Below, piece after piece: positions 58,867 through 64,000 of a stretch of DNA of 64,000 bases; position 1 is the first letter of the stretch, and every line of letters begins with the position of its first letter. Source of the stretch: Paracoccaceae bacterium (lineage in GTDB: Bacteria; Pseudomonadota; Alphaproteobacteria; Rhodobacterales; Rhodobacteraceae); the NCBI GenBank assembly GCA_038921555.1, contig JBCKXH010000001.1, positions 3,741-67,740 on the forward strand. Reading direction: 5' to 3'. Both the position numbers and the translations under genes were made by a program. The notes beneath the pieces are model-generated. The model was not told the DNA's origin, ran no database searches, and worked only from the letters and a program-made list of their open reading frames with translations.

Positions 58867-59397
58867 TCAGGGCGCGCCGTTCTTGGGTGGCGCAGACGGC
58901 GTCGCCACCCCCGCCGCCCGCCAGCGCGCCAGTTCGGCATAGACGTCCAGCCAATAACGCGCATAGGCTTGGTAATAAGTGTTGACCCGGAACAGCCTTT
59001 CCAGCGGCCGCCCGCCATGGCTCTGGCGATAGCGCAGATCCTCCGCCGCCAGCGCGTCGCGGATACCCGCCTGCACGCCATGGCGCGTGGCGTGTTTGAT
59101 CAGCCCGGCATCGCCCTTTGTGCCCCCGGAAACCGTGCCACCCAAAGCGACAATCGCATCCTCCATCGGGCGCTGATCCGTCAGATTGCCGCCGCCCGGC
59201 GTCGGCTCGGGCAATGAGACCAGGTCAGGCGGCAGTTCCAGCCCCTTGGGCGGCAAGATCGAGAATTCGTCCGGCCCATCCGTGCTGGACCGAAGGTTCA
59301 TCAAATGCGGCTCACGTGCGGATGAGTCGAGGCTGGCCCCGCCACAAGCCGACAGTGCCAACAGCACCGCGCCCGCCAGAACCAACCGCTTGCGCAT
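58867..59397 (-). CDS. DUF3035 family lipoprotein
   Basis: Lipobox LSAC, GPDEFSILPPKGLELPP..LPEPTPG. Confidence 0.85.
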   Translation of the reverse strand: MRKRLVLAGAVLLALSACGGASLDSSAREPHLMNLRSSTDGPDEFSILPPKGLELPPDLVSLPEPTPGGGNLTDQRPMEDAIVALGGTVSGGTKGDAGLIKHATRHGVQAGIRDALAAEDLRYRQSHGGRPLERLFRVNTYYQAYARYWLDVYAELARWRAAGVATPSAPPKNGAP

Positions 59398-59447
59398 GAA
59401 CCCTCCCCGCCCCGTTTCGCCTGTCTTAGCGCAAAGGCACTGCCTCG

Positions 59448-59984
59448 TCACGGGGTCTTTCGGCGCACCTTGGGCTTGGCCTTGCCGTCCCCGGAACTGT
59501 TCAGGATGACAAGGCCAAAGGCCCCGGCAAAGATGGCGACGTCTGCCAGGTTGAAAGCAAAGGGATTGTCGATGCCGCAGCACGACACATTGATGAAATC
59601 CGCCACCGCGCCGTAAGCGATACGGTCAATCACATTGCCGATCGCCCCGCCAATCAGCAACCCCGCCGCCGCCTGCACCCAAATCCCCCCCCGCTCGCGC
59701 CGCACCCAGATCCAGACCCAGCCCGAAATTGCCAGCGCCAGCCCCACCAGTGCCCAGCGCATCAGTTCGCTCGCGTCCCCGAACAGGCCAAAGTTCATCC
59801 CCTGATTCCACGCCATGCGAAACACCAGAAAGGGCGGGACCACATCCATCTCGATCCGGTTGATCAGGTCCAACCCGAACACCACCGCAATCTTGCTGGC
59901 CTGATCCACCACAATCGTGACCAAAGCCACCGCAGGAATGACCCCCACCAAACCCCTGACAATTCGACCAAACTTTCGCTTCAT
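59448..59984 (-). CDS. lspA: Lipoprotein signal peptidase II (start uncertain)
   Basis: DQASK, WNQGMNFG, GGAIGNVIDR..GAVADF, FNLAD. Confidence 0.93.
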   Translation of the reverse strand: MKRKFGRIVRGLVGVIPAVALVTIVVDQASKIAVVFGLDLINRIEMDVVPPFLVFRMAWNQGMNFGLFGDASELMRWALVGLALAISGWVWIWVRRERGGIWVQAAAGLLIGGAIGNVIDRIAYGAVADFINVSCCGIDNPFAFNLADVAIFAGAFGLVILNSSGDGKAKPKVRRKTP

Positions 59985-60031
59985 CTCGGCAAAAATACTC
60001 CACGGGGGTGTGGGGGTGTGAAACCCCCACC
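59979..60031 (+). repeat. Repeat family A copy between purH and lspA
   Basis: CTTCATCTCGGCAAAAATACTCCACGGGGGTGTGGGGGTGTGAAACCCCCACC. Confidence 0.85.
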
Positions 60032-60035
60032 TTGC

Positions 60036-61622
60036 TCAATGCCGGAAATGCCGCTGCCCTGTAAAGACCATCGCCAACCCCGCCTCATCCGCCGCCGCAA
60101 TCACTGCGGCATCATTCATCGAGCCCCCCGGCTGGATGACCGCCCCCGCCCCCGCCTGCGCCGCCGCAAGCAAGCCATCGGCAAAGGCAAAGAACCCATC
60201 GGATGCCACAACCGAACCCTGCGTCGGGCGGACCGCCAAACCCAGAACCTTGACCATATCCTCGGCCTTGCGCGCGGCGATCCGCGTGCTGTCAACCCGG
60301 CTCATCTGCCCCGCCCCGATCCCAACCGTCGCACCATCCTTGACATAGACAATCGCGTTCGATTTCACATGCTTGGCGACCTTCCACGCAAACAGCATAT
60401 CCGCCATCTGCGCCGCACTCGGCTGCCTTTTCGTCACCACCTTCAGGTCAGACACCGCCAACCCGGCACAATCGCGGTCCTGCACCAGAAAGCCGCCCGC
60501 CACCTGCCGGAACACCGATCCCGCAGCCCTTGGGTCCGGCAAAGCCCCGGTCGTCAGCAGCCGCAGGTTCTGCTTGCCGGCAAACACCGCCCGCGCCGCG
60601 TCCGAAGCGCCGGGCGCAATCACCACCTCGGTAAAGATCTTCACGATCTCCTCCGCCGTCTCGGCATCCAGCGGCTGATTAAGCGCCACGATCCCACCAA
60701 AAGCACTGCTCTGGTCACCAGCGTAAGCCCGCAAATAGGCCTCGCGCAGCGTGGCGGCGCTTCCCACGCCGCAAGGATTGGCATGTTTGATGATGGCACA
60801 GACCGGCCCGTCCGTCGCAAACTCGGCCACCAGTTCAAACGCCGCATCGGTGTCGTTGATGTTGTTGTAGGACAGCTCCTTGCCCTGCCACTGCCGGGCC
60901 GTCGCCACCCCTTCCCTGCGGGTTCCGCCATGATAGAACGCCGCCGCCTGATGCGGGTTCTCGCCATAGCGCAAGCCCTGCGCTAAGGTGCCCGCGAATG
61001 ACCTTTGCCGCGCAAACGGCACCTTGAACTGCCCAGCCAGCCAGCTCGACACCGCCGCATCATAGGCCGCCGTCCGGCTGAATGCCGCCAGCGCCATCTT
61101 CTGTCGAAACGCCAGCGTCGTGGCCCCGTCATTGGCTTTCAACTGATCCATGAGTGCCGCATAGTCCGACGGCTCCGTCACCACCGCCACGAAGCGATGG
61201 TTCTTGGCGCTCGCCCTTATCATCGCCGGGCCGCCAATGTCGATGCTTTCGATGCAGGTCGCGTGATCATGGCCCTTGGCCACCGTCTCCTCGAACGGAT
61301 ACAGATTCGAGATCATCAGGTCGATCGGCTCGATGCCATGCGCCGCCATCGCCACCAGATGCTCGTCGTCATCGCGCAGCGCCAGCAGCGCGCCGTGGAT
61401 ATTGGGATGCAGCGTCTTGACCCGCCCGCCCATCATCTCGGGGAAGCCGGTCACCTCGGCCACATCGCGCACCGTCAACCCCGCTGCGCGCAGCATCGCC
61501 GAGGTCCCCCCGGTCGAGATCAACTCGACCCCCAGCGCCGCCAGCGCCCGCGCCAGATCAATCAACCCGGATTTGTCGGAAACCGAGATCAGCGCCCGGC
61601 CTACGGGCACGAGATTTGTCAT
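60036..61622 (-). CDS. purH: Bifunctional AICAR transformylase / IMP cyclohydrolase
   Basis: [47 protein letters not shown]. Confidence 0.98.
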   Translation of the reverse strand: MTNLVPVGRALISVSDKSGLIDLARALAALGVELISTGGTSAMLRAAGLTVRDVAEVTGFPEMMGGRVKTLHPNIHGALLALRDDDEHLVAMAAHGIEPIDLMISNLYPFEETVAKGHDHATCIESIDIGGPAMIRASAKNHRFVAVVTEPSDYAALMDQLKANDGATTLAFRQKMALAAFSRTAAYDAAVSSWLAGQFKVPFARQRSFAGTLAQGLRYGENPHQAAAFYHGGTRREGVATARQWQGKELSYNNINDTDAAFELVAEFATDGPVCAIIKHANPCGVGSAATLREAYLRAYAGDQSSAFGGIVALNQPLDAETAEEIVKIFTEVVIAPGASDAARAVFAGKQNLRLLTTGALPDPRAAGSVFRQVAGGFLVQDRDCAGLAVSDLKVVTKRQPSAAQMADMLFAWKVAKHVKSNAIVYVKDGATVGIGAGQMSRVDSTRIAARKAEDMVKVLGLAVRPTQGSVVASDGFFAFADGLLAAAQAGAGAVIQPGGSMNDAAVIAAADEAGLAMVFTGQRHFRH

Positions 61623-61646
61623 GCGGAATCCCCTCGCAGGTGATGG

Positions 61647-63425
61647 TCAGGCCGTCTTTTCCTGAATCTGGTCCTGAATCTGGCTGGTCACATCGTCCCG
61701 TTCCAGATCCCGTATCGCCAGCGGAGTATCCTGCGCTTTCGCCAAGGTCCAGCCCAGCTCTGTCTCAAAATCCAGCGCCCGCGCCGTCAGCACGATCTGC
61801 ACGGTCCGGCGCGGCCGCAACCTAGTCTTTTCCAGATAGATCGAGGGTTCAAGCGTCATCTGCTCAGCGTCGTGCTGCCGGAACACCCATATCTCACCGC
61901 TGCGCAGGGCCAGCGATATCGCGGTGCCGCCGATGTCCAGCCGGGCCTCAACATCGGGATGAATATGGAATCTCAGCGCGAATTTGACGCCTTTCAGCCG
62001 CCCGGCGATCAGCAGCTGCTCAAAGCGCCGCTTTTCGGCGGTGCTGATGGCCGACAGCTTGTCGATCCCGGTCAGATGCCGCCCGTCATTGGTCAGCATC
62101 AGGTCACGCACATGGCTCAGGCCATGCGTCGCAGCCCAGCCCGAATGCGCCAGATGCACTCCCGCCCCGTTTTCCCCCGGCAACACCCGCAGCACCGGCA
62201 CCTCGGCCCGCTCGGCCATCTCGCCCTCCGGGTTCGCCCCCAGCCGGGAACTGGAATAGCCCTCGACCTCCAGCGTCGAATGTGAGGCCGTCGCCCGCCC
62301 CGCCAGCCGCCAGTCCGGCCCGAAAGGCGCGCCCGACCCGCAGGATACGATGACCGGGCGCCGCCCCGAAGTCAGCTCGAACGCATTGGTCGAGGCATGG
62401 GCCCGCCGCCCCGCCACACCGCCAGCCATACCTCCAGCCACACCGCCGGGCGGGCTGGCCGCATCGACAATCACCGTCGTCCGCCCGCCCGACAACCGGG
62501 CAAACCCCATCGCCAACCCCGCCGAGGGCAAGGCCCTGACCCCGGCATTGGCCAGCGCCCCATCCAACCGCCCCTCCAAGCCCCTGTCCCCGCCGTGGAA
62601 CCGCGCCAAGCCACCGTCGGCATGGCGCAGCGCGCGCAAAGTCGGTGCAATCCGCTCGATGGCCGCCAGATGCTCGGGCGGCGCCATGTGCCCCGCCTCG
62701 GCCAGGGCCTGTGCCGCCCAGGTCAGCAGCGTGAAAACCTCCAGCAATTCCTCGGGGTTGCGGGTCGGAATGCCGCCCTCGATGTCGATCTCGCTGTCGC
62801 AGTCGCGCGCCAGCGCCGCCAGCGCCGGCCCAACATGGACCTGCATCCCTTCCAGCGCCAACCCGGTTATGATTACCCCGGTCAGCGCCTCGAACCGAGG
62901 CAATCCGGCTGCGGCCTTTTGCCAACGCCTGGCCAGAAAGACGGTCTGCGCCGACAGCGCGCCGAAATAGGCAGCGCTTTGCGCGGTATCCGCCCCCTGC
63001 AACAGCATCAAGCCATGGTTGATCCAGCGGATCAACCGCCTGCCTGTCAGATCCGCCGTCCAGCCCGGCCCCTTGCCGTGACCATAACGCCTGATCCACC
63101 CTTGGGTCCACGCCTGCGCCCGCTGCCGCGCTGCACTGTCCCCCACGGCGGCAAGGTCATCCAGCCAGGCAAAGCCGTGAACCTCGCTTTGCAGCGCGGG
63201 ATCGGCAAAGGCCACGTCCCATATCTCGCTGTCAGGCCGTTCCAGCACATGCCCAGCCGAGACGAAATTGCCCGCCAACAACTGCCGCCCCCGCGCGAAA
63301 AGCCCGATCGTGCGCGGCTCCGGCTGGCTGGCAAAGCCCGAGGCGGGTGCCGCCTTCAGCGCTTGCCACATCGCCCAGCGGTCCCTGAACCCGCCTGACC
63401 GTCGCCCCTGCTGCTCATCGGCCAT
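61647..63425 (-). CDS. Heparinase II/III family protein (start uncertain)
   Basis: HGFAWLDDL, RRLIRW, RHADGGLARFHG, HAS..AFELTSG, RATASHST, RFHIHP. Confidence 0.85.
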   Translation of the reverse strand: MADEQQGRRSGGFRDRWAMWQALKAAPASGFASQPEPRTIGLFARGRQLLAGNFVSAGHVLERPDSEIWDVAFADPALQSEVHGFAWLDDLAAVGDSAARQRAQAWTQGWIRRYGHGKGPGWTADLTGRRLIRWINHGLMLLQGADTAQSAAYFGALSAQTVFLARRWQKAAAGLPRFEALTGVIITGLALEGMQVHVGPALAALARDCDSEIDIEGGIPTRNPEELLEVFTLLTWAAQALAEAGHMAPPEHLAAIERIAPTLRALRHADGGLARFHGGDRGLEGRLDGALANAGVRALPSAGLAMGFARLSGGRTTVIVDAASPPGGVAGGMAGGVAGRRAHASTNAFELTSGRRPVIVSCGSGAPFGPDWRLAGRATASHSTLEVEGYSSSRLGANPEGEMAERAEVPVLRVLPGENGAGVHLAHSGWAATHGLSHVRDLMLTNDGRHLTGIDKLSAISTAEKRRFEQLLIAGRLKGVKFALRFHIHPDVEARLDIGGTAISLALRSGEIWVFRQHDAEQMTLEPSIYLEKTRLRPRRTVQIVLTARALDFETELGWTLAKAQDTPLAIRDLERDDVTSQIQDQIQEKTA

Positions 63426-63588
63426 GCTGATCGCACCCTGCTCTGCCGCCCGGTTCCGGGTCGTTCGGCCTGTCAGCATATCGCGCGCGCCCCACTCTGT
63501 CATCACGGCATTGGCCCGCAGGCGCAATTTTCCGCCCGCGTAAGATGCGCATTCATGGCGCAGCGCTCCCGCAAAAGCGGCGAGTCTT

Positions 63589-64000
63589 TCATTCAGCGCA
63601 GGCCGCCTGATAGCCGCCCTCAAAGATCATTTTCCAGCCAAAATCATAGCCGCCACGCACCCCGGCCCCCATGTCGCCCAGGGCTTCAAAGTTGCTTTGC
63701 CGCAGTGTGACCCGGGTTTCGGTCGGCCCAATGGCTTCGAAATCCAGTTCCAACAGGGGCCGGGTGGTCACCACGTCACCGGGTCGCGGGATATGAAACT
63801 CCATCTCCAGCCGCGAAAAGCGCACCAGTTTCAGGATGTTGCCCCAGACCACTTCGCTCCCGTCACTGCCGATTTCCACGACCTGCCCGCCCTCTCTGGC
63901 CTCGACCCTGATGGCGCGGGCCGGCTGCCCCGCCATGGCAGAGACGGTGAACTTGCCCAAGGGCCACCATGTGTCCATCTTGTCCAGAAAGACCTCGAAA
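63589..64000 (-). CDS. SRPBCC/AHSA1-like domain protein (5' end beyond window)
   Basis: WWP, EGGQVVE, WG.I, TRVTLRQ, GW motif pattern. Confidence 0.75.
   Translation of the reverse strand, partial: FEVFLDKMDTWWPLGKFTVSAMAGQPARAIRVEAREGGQVVEIGSDGSEVVWGNILKLVRFSRLEMEFHIPRPGDVVTTRPLLELDFEAIGPTETRVTLRQSNFEALGDMGAGVRGGYDFGWKMIFEGGYQAACAE

Noticed and set aside
61647-63425. Heparinase-like gene upstream of purH as a polysaccharide-utilisation locus
   Set aside because: Conserved housekeeping neighbourhood in alphaproteobacteria; no transporter or other CAZymes nearby

Overview
High-GC alphaproteobacterial chromosomal window. Gene content and order resemble Rhodobacteraceae/Paracoccaceae; this is inferred from recalled synteny, not from a search. 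1-21.7 kb is a quaternary-amine (carnitine/gamma-butyrobetaine/choline-sulfate) catabolic region: acyl-CoA dehydrogenase, NDP-forming acyl-CoA ligase, caiD, a GMC oxidoreductase, betC, a CocE/NonD hydrolase and a Tat-exported peptide-type ABC transporter. That ABC operon runs directly into a parallel beta-helix protein, a diheme c-type cytochrome and a phosphodiesterase-like gene. 22.8-24.5 kb holds a REP-associated tyrosine transposase (RAYT). It carries a perfect REP doublet in frame inside its own CDS, is frameshifted by a ~50-bp hairpin insert, and is followed by GTAG REPs and an AT-rich gene. Housekeeping blocks follow: ettA; ffh-chorismate mutase-rpsP-bluB-rimM; tRNA-Trp; pnp; hspQ; lolA; mutL; M16 peptidases; lspA; purH. 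These are interrupted by an IS/prophage graveyard with a MazF-type TA pair, a 16-bp x5 tandem repeat after tRNA-Trp, and a deletion-collapsed leucine-catabolism locus that now reads as one chimeric 844-aa ORF. At least three families of small dispersed palindromic elements occur, one of them in frame inside a gene, and many gene stubs point to ongoing deletion-driven erosion. All calls come from manual motif recognition; no database search was run.
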